64,000 bases of DNA, taken from NCBI GenBank assembly GCA_963664225.1, contig OY760937.1, positions 5,134,744 through 5,198,743 of the forward strand, given 5' to 3'. Both the position numbers and the translations under genes were made by a program. The DNA comes from Verrucomicrobiia bacterium. GTDB taxonomy: Bacteria; Verrucomicrobiota; Verrucomicrobiia; Limisphaerales; UBA1319. The notes under the pieces are model-generated. The model had not been told where the DNA came from and did no database searches. It worked only from the letters and a program-made list of their open reading frames with translations. This document shows, piece after piece, positions 43,383 to 53,418 of this stretch (positions are counted from its first letter, which is position 1; every line of letters starts with the position of its first letter).

Positions 43383-44423
43383 ATGGCGGCCATAACAAAA
43401 ACCAAGAAACGCCTTTCTGCCACTGGCAAGACAGCAAAAAAACCGATAAAGGCCCAAAAGCAGGAAGCCGTGGACGAAAAAACCACGAAGTCCAAAGCTG
43501 ACGAGTCTTTCGAGGCTGAAGCTGCGTCCATTGCTCCGGTTCGGGCTGCCCATGTGGAAAGAACCGTCCCGGCCGAGGAAAAAGAGGAGCGCACCTCTTA
43601 CGATGCCGATACCGCCATCAAACTTTATTTGCGGGAGATCGGCCAGGTCAAATTGCTCACACCTGCCGAGGAGGTGGAGTTGGCGGCCAGGATTAAAAAA
43701 GGGGACAAAAAGGCTCGCGAGCAGATGATCAAGGCGAACCTGCGTCTTGTCGTCAAAATCGCGCATGACTACGAGGGCCTTGGATTACCGCTGCTGGATT
43801 TGATCAGTGAGGGAAATATCGGGTTGATGAAGGCGGTCGAGCGGTTTGATCCGGCCAAAGGCGGAAAACTCTCCACTTACGGTGCCTGGTGGATCAAGCA
43901 ATCGATCAAACGGGCTCTTGCCAACCAATCCAAAACCATCCGCCTGCCGGTGCATTTGGTGGACAAAATTTCAAAGATGCGCCGTCTTTCGTTAAAGCTT
44001 CAGGAAGAGTTGGGACGTGAGCCTACCGATGAAGAGTTGGCTGAAGAATTGGGCATGACCGCCAGCCGGGTGACCCAGTTGCGGACGGCTGCAATTCGTC
44101 CGGCCTCGTTGGACGCGCCCATTGGGGACGACGAGTCGAATAATTTTGCCGAGATCGTCCAGGACGAGAACGCGGAAACGCCTTATCAGGAGTTGGAGGA
44201 CAAGACAGTCACCAAAATGTTGCAGGAAATGGTCAAAACTCTCGATCCGCGTGAGGCCACCATTTTGCGTTATCGTTTTGGATTGGATGGCGGCACTGAA
44301 AAGACCCTCGAGGAAGTGGGCGCCAAATTCGGCGTAACTCGCGAGCGTGTGCGGCAGATTCAAAATATTGCACTGACCAAACTGCGCAAAATGATCCAGA
44401 AACTGGAGGTTGTTCGCAAATGA
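43383..44423 (+). CDS. RNA polymerase sigma-70 family factor, group 1/2 (RpoD/SigA-like)
   Basis: Regions 1.2, 2, 3 and 4 present (DLISEGNIGLMKAVERFD; region 4.2 HTH GVTRERVRQI); Lys-rich N-terminal extension. Confidence 0.88.
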   Translation: MAAITKTKKRLSATGKTAKKPIKAQKQEAVDEKTTKSKADESFEAEAASIAPVRAAHVERTVPAEEKEERTSYDADTAIKLYLREIGQVKLLTPAEEVELAARIKKGDKKAREQMIKANLRLVVKIAHDYEGLGLPLLDLISEGNIGLMKAVERFDPAKGGKLSTYGAWWIKQSIKRALANQSKTIRLPVHLVDKISKMRRLSLKLQEELGREPTDEELAEELGMTASRVTQLRTAAIRPASLDAPIGDDESNNFAEIVQDENAETPYQELEDKTVTKMLQEMVKTLDPREATILRYRFGLDGGTEKTLEEVGAKFGVTRERVRQIQNIALTKLRKMIQKLEVVRK

Positions 44424-44956
44424 TACCCGGAAAAGTCACAGTCGAGGAGTTGGCGCAGGCGGTGCGGAATATCCCTGACTTTCCCACACCGGGAATTCAG
44501 TTTAAGGACATCACCCCCATTTTGGGCGATGCCCGGTTGTTTGCGGGCTGCATCGATTTGCTTGTTGGGAATTATAAACCAGGCATGGTCGATGTCGTCG
44601 CGGGCATTGACGCACGCGGTTTTATTTTTGCCGGCGCCGCCGCCATCAAGTTGAATGCGGCTTTCGTGCCGATTCGCAAGAAAGGCAAATTACCCTTTCA
44701 GACATTCGAGCAAAGCTACAGCCTTGAATACGGGACAAGCACGGTCGCCATTCATACCGATGCGGTCCAACCGGGGGCGCGGGTGCTTTTGGTGGATGAC
44801 CTCCTGGCTACGGGAGGCACTGCCGCTGCTGCCGCTCAACTGCTTAATAAGTGCGGGGCGAACATTCTCGAAATGTGCTTTGCGATCGAACTGAAATTTT
44901 TGGATGGGCGAAAACGCCTTTCCGGCGTTCCTGTTCGCTCCCTGGTGCAATACTAA
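44420..44956 (+). CDS. apt: Adenine phosphoribosyltransferase
   Basis: 178 aa; PRPP-binding VLLVDDLLATGGT; overlaps the rpoD-like stop by 4 nt. Confidence 0.9.
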   Translation: MIPGKVTVEELAQAVRNIPDFPTPGIQFKDITPILGDARLFAGCIDLLVGNYKPGMVDVVAGIDARGFIFAGAAAIKLNAAFVPIRKKGKLPFQTFEQSYSLEYGTSTVAIHTDAVQPGARVLLVDDLLATGGTAAAAAQLLNKCGANILEMCFAIELKFLDGRKRLSGVPVRSLVQY

Positions 44957-45024
44957 TGGAGCGACCAGCCCTGTTCGCATTACGGTGCATGTTGCAAGGC
45001 CCCATATCCTGAGACCTTCAGACG

Positions 45025-47184
45025 ATGTCTTTTTTATCCGCCATCGATGTTAGCCTCTTTCGTTGGATCAACCAGGGGTTGACCAATCCCATATTCGATT
45101 GGCTGATGCCCATTCTGAGCGGTAATTCGTTCTTCAACGCGGCGGTTGCGATTCTGGTTTTGGCGCTATTGGTCAAGGGCGGGGCGCGAGGACGCATCTT
45201 CGTAATCACCATTCTCTTTTCATTGGTCGTGGCGGACGGTCTTCTGAGCCACACCATCAAAGATCTCGTGGCGCGTCCCCGGCCCTTTCTGACCTTGACC
45301 GACACGCGGCTGCTGGTGGGGCGGGGGGGGAGCTTTAGCATGCCATCGTCGCACGCGGCGAATTGGTTTGCCGCTCTGATGGTCACTTTTGTGTTTTATC
45401 GAAAAGCCGTGTGGGTCGTGGCGCCGCTGGCTGTGGGAGTCTCTTTTTCGCGGGTGTACAATGGAGTGCATTATCCCAGCGATGTTCTGGTTGGAGCCAT
45501 AATGGGCGCGGGCGCGGGCGCGGCCGTCATTTGGACGATGCAAATGGCATGGCGCACCGTTGGTCGTCGTCTGTGGCCGCTGTGGTGGGAAAAACTCCCG
45601 GTGCTTTGTCAGGCGCCTGGCGGACGCCAAAAGCAAGCTTCGCAGCCCATGCCAGCCAGTGACGATGCGGCTCGTCTTGACCGCCATTGGCTCAATCTAG
45701 GGTATGTCCTTATACTGGTGGTGCTAGCGGCCCGCTGGATCTATCTGGCAGGGGGCAGCATCGATTTAAGCGAGGACGAGGCGTATCAATGGCTGTGGTC
45801 CAAACATCCCGCCCTTTCTTATTACAGCAAGCCGCCATTGATCGCCTACACACAACTTGCGGGCACTTCGATTTGGGGGGACACGGAATTTGGCGTTCGT
45901 TTTTTTTCGCCGCTCATCACGGCGGGACTATCCTTGATTCTGCTCCGTTTCATGGCTCAGTTGGCCAGCGCACGGTTGGGGCTCTGCCTGGTTTTGGCGG
46001 CCACCGCGACGCCTCTATTTGCGGTGGGGGGCGTCTTGATGACCATCGATCCACTGTCCGTTTTGTTTTGGACCGCAGCCATGATCAGCGGATGGCGGGC
46101 GGTGCGTGAGGATTCCACACGCTGGTGGCTCTGGACCGGTCTATGGATGGGGCTGGGTTTCCTGAGTAAATATACCTCCCTGTTCCAATGGTTATGCTGG
46201 GCTGTTTATTTTGTCCTGTCACCGGCCGGGCGCCGGCAATTGAAGCGCCCCGGATTGTACCTCGCTCTGGGAATCAATTTGCTTCTGGCGACCCCAGTGC
46301 TCCTGTGGAATGCCCAGCATGATTGGATCACGGTCTTTCATGTGGCGTCGGATGGCGGCCTTCAAAAAGAATTCCAGCCTACCTTGCGTTACATTCGTGA
46401 ATTCATCCCCATCGAAATCTTTCTCCTCAACCCGGTCTTCTCGCTGGCCACCTTGTGGGCCTTAGTGGCGTTCTGGCGGCAAAAACCAAGGGATGAGCGT
46501 CTGGTCTATTTGTTCTGCATGGGCGCCCCGGAACTCATTAGTTACACGCTGCTTTCGATTCATTCGCGGGTTTTGCCCAACTGGATTGTTCCGGCAGTCG
46601 TTCCGTTATTCGCCTGTGCCGCCCTTTATTGGGATAAAAAGTGGCGCGACGGATTCAGACCCGCCCGGACCGGGCTGTTGGCGGGATTGTTTATCGGCGT
46701 TCTGGCGGTGGTCCTGATGCACAATCCAAACATTGTCACCAAAGTCACGCACTACCAGATTCCGCCCCGTTTCAATCCCCTGCGTCGTGTGCAAGGTTGG
46801 AAGGAAACCGCCTCCATGGTGGGAGAGGCCCGCAATCACCTGCTCCAGGAGGGCAAGCCTGTTTTCATTGTGGGGGATCACTATGGCATCACAAGCCAGA
46901 TTACATTTTATCTGCCCGAGGCCAGGGCCTGTGTCAGACAAATTCCGTTGGCCTATTATCAAACGTCCGCCCATCCTGAAAATCAGTTCTTTTTCTGGCC
47001 CGGCTACAAAGATCGCAAGGGCCAGAACGCCATTTATGTCAGGATTACTGAGGAACCGGGGGCTGCGCCGGAGAGGTTGGCGAAGGAATTTGCGTCGGTG
47101 ACGGACTTGGGAATCCACGAGGTGCTTTTCAAGGGGAATGTCTGGCGGCACCTGCAACTTTTCGAGTGCCGTGATCTGCATTAA
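45025..47184 (+). CDS. Fusion protein: PAP2-family lipid phosphatase + ArnT/PMT-like (GT83/GT39) membrane glycosyltransferase
   Basis: The N-terminal roughly 170 aa carry the PAP2 motifs KDLVARPRP, PSSHA and SRVYNGVHYPSD. The C-terminal roughly 540 aa form a polytopic membrane protein with an ArnT/PMT-like DE loop (LSEDEAYQW...YYSKPPL). Confidence 0.7.
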   Translation: MSFLSAIDVSLFRWINQGLTNPIFDWLMPILSGNSFFNAAVAILVLALLVKGGARGRIFVITILFSLVVADGLLSHTIKDLVARPRPFLTLTDTRLLVGRGGSFSMPSSHAANWFAALMVTFVFYRKAVWVVAPLAVGVSFSRVYNGVHYPSDVLVGAIMGAGAGAAVIWTMQMAWRTVGRRLWPLWWEKLPVLCQAPGGRQKQASQPMPASDDAARLDRHWLNLGYVLILVVLAARWIYLAGGSIDLSEDEAYQWLWSKHPALSYYSKPPLIAYTQLAGTSIWGDTEFGVRFFSPLITAGLSLILLRFMAQLASARLGLCLVLAATATPLFAVGGVLMTIDPLSVLFWTAAMISGWRAVREDSTRWWLWTGLWMGLGFLSKYTSLFQWLCWAVYFVLSPAGRRQLKRPGLYLALGINLLLATPVLLWNAQHDWITVFHVASDGGLQKEFQPTLRYIREFIPIEIFLLNPVFSLATLWALVAFWRQKPRDERLVYLFCMGAPELISYTLLSIHSRVLPNWIVPAVVPLFACAALYWDKKWRDGFRPARTGLLAGLFIGVLAVVLMHNPNIVTKVTHYQIPPRFNPLRRVQGWKETASMVGEARNHLLQEGKPVFIVGDHYGITSQITFYLPEARACVRQIPLAYYQTSAHPENQFFFWPGYKDRKGQNAIYVRITEEPGAAPERLAKEFASVTDLGIHEVLFKGNVWRHLQLFECRDLH

Positions 47185-47215
47185 CGCGCCTGGAGCCGGG
47201 CTTCGGAGCCAATGG

Positions 47216-48055
47216 AAGGTGGCGGATTACGACCTGAACGCCACCATCGAGTCGGGGCAGGCTTTTCGATGGAAACCCCACGAGGCCGGATGGGTCGGCG
47301 TGGTCGATGGCCGCTGGGTCCGTTTGAAAACCAGCCACGGACGCATCGAAGCAGAAGTCGCTCTTCCCTGTGGTAACTGGCGATGGCTTGAGGAATATCT
47401 CCAACTGGATGTGGATTATGCCCAGGTGATCCGCAGTCTGCCCGGAGACGAGCCGATGCGGCGCGCCGTTGAATGCTGCCACGGGCTGCGACTCTTGCGG
47501 CAGGATCCGTGGGAATGCCTGGCCTCGTTCATTCTTTCGTCCACCAAGCAAATCGTCCAAATCCAACAAGTCATTGAGTTGTTGTGTCAACGGTATGGCG
47601 CGCCAATTCCAGTGCCTGCGGGCTGGCCGAAGGTGAACGCTTTTCCCACAGCCGAGCGATTGGCGGCTGTTTCCGAGGCGGATTTGCGATCCTGCAAAAT
47701 GGGCTTTCGCGCTCCGTACTTGCGGGAGGCCGCGCGTCAAATCGCTTGTGGCAGCCTGGATCTGGGTGCGTTGACCGGGCTGCCCATGATTGAAGCGCGT
47801 AATCGATTGATGGAATTGCCGGGGGTTGGCAGAAAAATTGCCGATTGCGCGCTGCTTTTTTCATTGGGTTTCGCGCAGGCTTTTCCGGTGGACGTCTGGA
47901 TTCAGAAGGCCTTGCAGGAATGTTATTTTTCCAAACGGCAAAAAATTCCGCTCGCCCGGATGCACGCGCTCGTGGAGACTCAGTTCGGACCGTGGGCCGG
48001 TTACGCGCAACAATACTTGTTCCATTATTTCAGGGTGATTCAACGTAACCATTGA
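47216..48055 (+). CDS. ogg: 8-oxoguanine DNA glycosylase, OGG1 type (HhH-GPD)
   Basis: LPGVGRKIADCALLFSLGFAQAFPVDVW closely matches the OGG1 HhH-GPD motif, including the catalytic Lys and Asp; the start codon is uncertain (GTG proposed). Confidence 0.7.
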   Translation, partial: KVADYDLNATIESGQAFRWKPHEAGWVGVVDGRWVRLKTSHGRIEAEVALPCGNWRWLEEYLQLDVDYAQVIRSLPGDEPMRRAVECCHGLRLLRQDPWECLASFILSSTKQIVQIQQVIELLCQRYGAPIPVPAGWPKVNAFPTAERLAAVSEADLRSCKMGFRAPYLREAARQIACGSLDLGALTGLPMIEARNRLMELPGVGRKIADCALLFSLGFAQAFPVDVWIQKALQECYFSKRQKIPLARMHALVETQFGPWAGYAQQYLFHYFRVIQRNH

Positions 48056-48082
48056 TCGAACGACCGCCTGTCTCTTGGATTT

Positions 48083-48835
48083 ATGAATGCAACACTTCAA
48101 GTTCTTTTCAGCCCGGCGGAGTTCGCCGCGCTTTCAAGCTGGGAATTGTCCCGCACCACCTGCGTGGTCTTCGATGTGCTCCGGGCAACCAGTTCGATGA
48201 CAACGGCACTGGTCAACGGCGCAACCGCTGTTTACCCGGTGGCGGAAATCGGGGAGGCGCTGGCTATTCGGCGGGACCACCCTCAATCCCTGCTTGCGGG
48301 GGAACGAAACGGTTTGCGCATTCGCGCTGAACAAAGCGGCGGCATCGATTTTGATCTGGGGAACTCACCGCGTGAATTCACCCGGGAACGCGTGGCTGGA
48401 CAAGCCATTGCCATGACCACAACCAATGGCACGCGGGCGCTGCGTGCGTGTCGCCACGCAAAAGCGGTGCTGGCCGGAAGTTTTCTGAACCTCGGCGCCA
48501 CTGTGGAGTGGATCAGGAGAAATTCCGTGGAGAACCTTTTGCTGGTTTGCGGTGGGACTTTTGAAGAGGCTTCCTTTGAAGATGCGTTGGCGGCCGGAGC
48601 GGTGTGCGATCTGGTTTGGTCTGAATTCGAGCGCGCGTCTGATTCAGCCCAGATGGCACGTCTGCTTTACCAGGACTCCGCCGCCGACCTGATGCGGGCC
48701 ATGCAACATGCGCGCAACGGCAGGCGTTTACTGGAAAATCCGGAATTGCGGGACGATGTTGCTTTTTGCATGCGCGTCAATGCCATGAACGTCGCCGCAG
48801 TGCTGCAAGAAAACGGAGCGTTGATACGCGGGTAA
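48083..48835 (+). CDS. 2-phosphosulfolactate phosphatase (ComB) family protein
   Basis: 250 aa; VFDVLRATS and TTNGT motifs of the ComB family. Confidence 0.6.
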   Translation: MNATLQVLFSPAEFAALSSWELSRTTCVVFDVLRATSSMTTALVNGATAVYPVAEIGEALAIRRDHPQSLLAGERNGLRIRAEQSGGIDFDLGNSPREFTRERVAGQAIAMTTTNGTRALRACRHAKAVLAGSFLNLGATVEWIRRNSVENLLLVCGGTFEEASFEDALAAGAVCDLVWSEFERASDSAQMARLLYQDSAADLMRAMQHARNGRRLLENPELRDDVAFCMRVNAMNVAAVLQENGALIRG

Positions 48836-48869
48836 ATGGGCCAGTCGTGGACTTACACGCCGCGGAATG

Positions 48870-49007
48870 TCAGCGTTTGTTGAGAATGTAGATCAACACC
48901 CCGAAAGCGATGGAGATGAAGATGCCAACCACCACCGCCCATCGAAAGATTTGTTGGTGGCGTCGCCGGTTGCTGCGGCCCATTCCAGGCAGCAGGTAAT
49001 ACCGCAT
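48870..49007 (-). CDS. Possible 45-aa hydrophobic small protein
   Basis: Minus-strand ORF MRYYLLPGMGRSNRRRHQQIFRWAVVVGIFISIAFGVLIYILNKR with one predicted TM helix; no homology inferred. Confidence 0.25.
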   Translation of the reverse strand: MRYYLLPGMGRSNRRRHQQIFRWAVVVGIFISIAFGVLIYILNKR

Positions 49008-49173
49008 CTCCTCTTTGTTTTTCTTCTCCCAAAACATAATCTCGAGGTGCGATCACCCGGCCCGGTTTAAATAGGAAATCCAACCCATAAGTTCTTTTGA
49101 TTCGCTGTGGCTATGTTATGAAGGCAATTCCGGAGGATGGCAAATCCTAAATCCTCTTAAGCCTCAGCCCTTT

Positions 49174-49740
49174 CTATTTGCTGCCGGGTTTGGATGTGGG
49201 CATGGCTGCCAGGTCCGGTGGCAGGCGGTCTGGATCGAAAGTCTCGATGTTCATGGCGATTACGCTGAATGTGGGCACTCCGATTTGCAGCGCGCCGCTC
49301 GAACGGTCCACCAGCATCGCCACGCCCGCCACGATGCCTTCATGAGAACGGACGATATCGATGGTTTCCTGCACACGCCCGCCTTTGGTCACCACATCCT
49401 CAACCACCAGGAGTTTCTCGCCCGGCGCAATCTTGAACCCACGCCGTAACACGAGCTTGCCATCCTCTTTCTCCGCAAAAATGAACCGGATGCCCAGTTG
49501 ACGGGCCACTTCCTGGCCCAAAACCAGTCCGCCCATGGCGGGGGAGATGACCGTTTGCGGTTTCAAATGGCGAACCTTGTCCGCCAGCTCCGCGCCAAAC
49601 CGCTCAACGATGGGCATTTGTTGAAGCGCCAATGCGCATTGAAAATATTGCCGGCTGTGCAAACCACTGCGCAAAACAAAGTGGCCGCTCAGTAACGCTC
49701 CGGTCTGCTTAAACAGGTCAAACGCTTCGCTGTTCGTCAT
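49174..49740 (-). CDS. pyrE: Orotate phosphoribosyltransferase
   Basis: From MTNSEAFDLFKQTGALLSGHFVLRSG; PRPP motif LLVVEDVVTKGG; the upstream part of the listed six-frame ORF is a spurious extension. Confidence 0.8.
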   Translation of the reverse strand: MTNSEAFDLFKQTGALLSGHFVLRSGLHSRQYFQCALALQQMPIVERFGAELADKVRHLKPQTVISPAMGGLVLGQEVARQLGIRFIFAEKEDGKLVLRRGFKIAPGEKLLVVEDVVTKGGRVQETIDIVRSHEGIVAGVAMLVDRSSGALQIGVPTFSVIAMNIETFDPDRLPPDLAAMPTSKPGSK

Positions 49741-49829
49741 GTGCAGATCAAAACATGGATCGCGTTCATGTGGCAATGATGAAACATTCCAAAACCGGGA
49801 TTCGCCCTCCGCCGCACCGGTTCTGCGGT

Positions 49830-50843
49830 TCAGGCGCTGGTGGTGGGCGTTTGGATATCCGCAAAGATGATGACTCCCGCGCCCGTTTGCAGAAGGCTGA
49901 TCACATGCACCGGAATTTGCTGGCCCACCAGGTTTTGGGCCTGGTTGACAACCACCATGGTGCCATCCGCCATATAGCCGACTCCCTGACCCTTGTCCTT
50001 CCCTTCGCGGACGATCCGCAGATTGAAAGTCTCTCCTGGCAGGATCACAGGCTTGAGCACCTGGGCCAGCTCCGTCATGTTGACGCACTGAACGGATTGC
50101 AGTCCCGCGATTTTGGTCAGATTATAGTCGTTGGTGTAGAGCTTGGCGTTGAGTGCCTTGGCCAGACGCACCAGTTTGGCGTCCACCTGGGTTTCCTCTG
50201 GAAAATCGCCTTCGTGGATTTTTACCTCGTTTCGGGTATTCTTTCGAATGCGCTCCAGCATGTCCATACCCCGGCGTCCGCGAGCCCGTTTGATCGCATC
50301 GTTGGAATCCGATATCTGGTGTAATTCCACGAGCACGAATCGCGGCACCACAATGATTCCCTCCAAAAAACCCGACTCGATAAGGTCGGCAACGCGTCCA
50401 TCCACGATGGCGCTGGTGTCGAGCAAAAGCAGGTTTTCGGGCTTATTCTGAGAGGCAAACCGCACAAAGGGAATGATGAGATAGAAATCCTCCTTGTTGC
50501 TGCGCATGGCCAGAATCATCCCGATATAGCCGAAGGAGACAAACAGGCTCAGGCGGATGATCCAGCGCGTGGATTCATCGACCCAGATGAATAATTGCGA
50601 GCGGTCCAGCATCCAGGCAATCAAGGTGCCGAGAAACAAACCGAACGTTGTCGCTGAGAAGGCGCGCAGGGAGAATCCTTTGATCATCTCGTCGATGGCG
50701 ATCAGCAGGCCCCCCAATCCGAAACCAATCATGATGCCAACGATCGGTCCGTTGGTGATGAGGTCGGGCCGCACCTGCGTAATGGCATAGCCGCTCAGCG
50801 TGCAGAGCCCCAAAAAAAACAATCGAATAACCCACAGAGCCAT
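49830..50843 (-). CDS. Membrane-anchored PIN + TRAM domain protein (YacL-like)
   Basis: 337 aa; N-terminal TM helices, central PIN domain (LLLLDTSAIVDGR), C-terminal TRAM domain. Confidence 0.7.
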   Translation of the reverse strand: MALWVIRLFFLGLCTLSGYAITQVRPDLITNGPIVGIMIGFGLGGLLIAIDEMIKGFSLRAFSATTFGLFLGTLIAWMLDRSQLFIWVDESTRWIIRLSLFVSFGYIGMILAMRSNKEDFYLIIPFVRFASQNKPENLLLLDTSAIVDGRVADLIESGFLEGIIVVPRFVLVELHQISDSNDAIKRARGRRGMDMLERIRKNTRNEVKIHEGDFPEETQVDAKLVRLAKALNAKLYTNDYNLTKIAGLQSVQCVNMTELAQVLKPVILPGETFNLRIVREGKDKGQGVGYMADGTMVVVNQAQNLVGQQIPVHVISLLQTGAGVIIFADIQTPTTSA

Positions 50844-50846
50844 ATT

Positions 50847-51827
50847 TTATTGATCCATGCCATTGCCTGATCGCAGGCGGGTCCGATAAACTACCATGGG
50901 TTTTACCGGCTTTGGTTTATAGAGCAAGCCGTATTTGGTTAAGTTGCTGCTTAATACCGTTAAATTGCTAACCGCGTGATTGAAATTCCCGCTCAGTTCC
51001 TCGTTTTTGAATAATTGTCCCGCAAGACCATTCCCGGCTTGGAGATCAGCAAGCAATTTGCGGGTATCGCCACTGGCCGACTCAAGGTTGATGACCATGT
51101 TATGAATCCCCGATTCGTTGGTTTGAATGATCGTCTGGATTTTTTCCGTCAGGCGGTTGGCCTCCGTGGAGAAGGCCACCAGGTTGCTCAAGGCGGTTTG
51201 CACCTGGAGGCTGTTGGTGTGGATCAATTCATTCATGCCCGCCGCCATGGAGGTGAAATTTGTAGACATGCCGTGCAGGTTATCCAGTGTGTTGGTCAAT
51301 TTAATGAGGGTTTGCTCGCCGAGCAGAACCCGGTCCACCCGCTCCACAGATTTGTTGACCAGGTTGACGGTCGATTCGAGCTTTTTCATCAGGTTATCGG
51401 CTGAACGCGCCGTGTCCTGGATGTTGAAGGGTTCCCGGCATTGGACCACGGCGCCGTTCTCAAGCGGGGTGCCATTGTTGGCCCCCGGTGTGATCGATAT
51501 GAACATGTCGCCAAGGAATCCTGATTGATCGATTTCAAACATCGCATCCGGGTGAATGCGGTATCTTTTGAAAATCCGGGCGCGAATGGTGACCGACTTG
51601 CCGTCTGGATTCAATTCCGCGCCGATCACCCGCCCGATTTGTATTCCCGACATCAGCACGCCCGAATTCGGCTTGATGGCCCCGACGTTCGAGGCGGTAA
51701 GCCGGATTTCATAGGAGGGTTTGAAAAAACTGCTTCCCTTGGAGAACTGCAGCAGCAGCGAGGCCAGCAACACCAGGCCGGTTAATACAAATAACCCAAC
51801 TTTCCATTCGGATCGCGATGTGTTCAT
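50847..51827 (-). CDS. mlaD: MCE-domain protein MlaD
   Basis: 326 aa; N-terminal TM helix + MCE domain; follows mlaE-mlaF. Confidence 0.8.
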   Translation of the reverse strand: MNTSRSEWKVGLFVLTGLVLLASLLLQFSKGSSFFKPSYEIRLTASNVGAIKPNSGVLMSGIQIGRVIGAELNPDGKSVTIRARIFKRYRIHPDAMFEIDQSGFLGDMFISITPGANNGTPLENGAVVQCREPFNIQDTARSADNLMKKLESTVNLVNKSVERVDRVLLGEQTLIKLTNTLDNLHGMSTNFTSMAAGMNELIHTNSLQVQTALSNLVAFSTEANRLTEKIQTIIQTNESGIHNMVINLESASGDTRKLLADLQAGNGLAGQLFKNEELSGNFNHAVSNLTVLSSNLTKYGLLYKPKPVKPMVVYRTRLRSGNGMDQ

Positions 51828-51837
51828 GTGACAGGTT

Positions 51838-52569
51838 TCAAGGTGTGGAAATGCCGTTGACGAATCGATACAGTATCGGATCGGTGGACTTGAACAACTC
51901 CGCCGTGGGCCCGCAGAAATAAATGCGTCCCTCGTGCAGCATCAGGATTTTACGACTGATCCGCTGCGCGCTGCGCATGTCATGAGTCACCGCAATGCTG
52001 GTAACCTTGAGTCGCTCGGAAACACGCACAATAAGCCGGTCTATGCTGTCGGCCACGATGGGGTCCAGACCCGTGGTTGGTTCGTCATAAAGAATGATTT
52101 GAGGCTGGTAAATGATCGCGCGCGCCAGTCCCACGCGCTTGCGCATGCCGCCGGATAATTCCGACGGTTTTTTGGATTCCACCCCGCTTAACTCCACCAT
52201 CTCCAGTGTTTCGGCCACTTTGCGCGCCATCTCCTCGGCGGTCAGGCGTTTTTCACGCCGGAGCATGAAATTGACATTGTCAGCCACCGTGAGCGAGTCG
52301 AACAGGGCCGCCCCCTGAAAGAGCATGCCAAATTTGCGGCGTATGGGCAGAAGCTCCCGTTCGGACAAGCAGGCAAGATTTTGGCCATCGACGAGCACCT
52401 CCCCGGAGTCAGGCTGGATAAGTCCGATCAAGTGTTTGAGCAAGACACTTTTTCCGCCGCCGCTGCGTCCGAGGATGACCACAGCCTCGCCGGGTTCAAT
52501 GGAGAAGCTGACCCCATCCAACACCCGGTTGGTGCCAAAGCGCTTTTCCAGTTGGCGAACCTCAATCAT
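51838..52569 (-). CDS. mlaF: Phospholipid ABC transporter ATP-binding protein MlaF
   Basis: 243 aa ABC ATPase (GRSGGGKS; LSGGMRKRVGLAR). Confidence 0.85.
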   Translation of the reverse strand: MIEVRQLEKRFGTNRVLDGVSFSIEPGEAVVILGRSGGGKSVLLKHLIGLIQPDSGEVLVDGQNLACLSERELLPIRRKFGMLFQGAALFDSLTVADNVNFMLRREKRLTAEEMARKVAETLEMVELSGVESKKPSELSGGMRKRVGLARAIIYQPQIILYDEPTTGLDPIVADSIDRLIVRVSERLKVTSIAVTHDMRSAQRISRKILMLHEGRIYFCGPTAELFKSTDPILYRFVNGISTP

Positions 52570-52572
52570 GCT

Positions 52573-53346
52573 TCAATGGAGGAGATGGGTTAGCGTCATG
52601 GTCATGAAAAAATTGCTGATCAGCACACTGATGGAAGCATAGACCACCGCTTCGGTCGTGGCACGGCCCACGCCTTCAGCGCCTTCGCCGCAATACATGC
52701 CCTTGTAACAGCCGATGAGCGCGATCAATCCTCCGAAAATGAAACTCTTGGTCAGGCCCATGATCAGGTCTCCCGGACTGGTGTAGCGAATCATGTTGTA
52801 ATAGGCGTATGCGGGATCGATTCCCAGCAGGTAGGTGCCCACAATGTAGCTGGCCAGAATTCCCAGGGCGATCGATTCAGCCGTCAGCAGGGGCATGGCC
52901 AGAACGGTTGCCAGAAATCGCGGCGCCACAAGGTAATCGACTGGATGCGCCGCCAGTGTGCGCAAGGCATCGATTTGCTCGGTCACCTTCATCGTGCCCA
53001 GCTCCGCCGCCATGGAAGCCCCAACCCGTCCCGCCACCATCAACGCCGTCAACACCGGTCCCAGTTCGCTGCACATCGACACGCTGACCACCGCCAGCGT
53101 GGCCGTGTCCATTTTGACTTTGTGAAATTGGAAATAGGTCTGCGCGCAAAGGACCATCCCTGTAAACGCGCCTGTGATCAGCACCACCGATTGGGATTTG
53201 ACCCCAATAAAATAAAGCTGATCGAGCAGGCTCAGGCCTTCCCATCTTTTTTTGGCGATGGATGATAGGGTCTCAATCCCGAGCAGCACGACCCGCCCAA
53301 GTCCCTCGATCCAATCGTTGATCCACTTCTTTGCCAGTCCTTGCAT
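52573..53346 (-). CDS. mlaE: Phospholipid ABC transporter permease MlaE
   Basis: 257 aa; MlaE/YrbE-family permease. Confidence 0.85.
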   Translation of the reverse strand: MQGLAKKWINDWIEGLGRVVLLGIETLSSIAKKRWEGLSLLDQLYFIGVKSQSVVLITGAFTGMVLCAQTYFQFHKVKMDTATLAVVSVSMCSELGPVLTALMVAGRVGASMAAELGTMKVTEQIDALRTLAAHPVDYLVAPRFLATVLAMPLLTAESIALGILASYIVGTYLLGIDPAYAYYNMIRYTSPGDLIMGLTKSFIFGGLIALIGCYKGMYCGEGAEGVGRATTEAVVYASISVLISNFFMTMTLTHLLH

Positions 53347-53418
53347 GATTCAACCAATACTCCCAAGCACTCCCAAGCATTAACCGGCGGGGGATGGACG
53401 GTCAAAAGAAAAGGGTCA

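Noticed and set aside
49741-50088. N-terminal 116-aa extension of the pyrE ORF (Arg/Gly/Pro-rich)
   Set aside because: It overlaps the 3' end of the PIN-TRAM gene and has junk composition. The true pyrE start is the internal Met, MTNSEAF.
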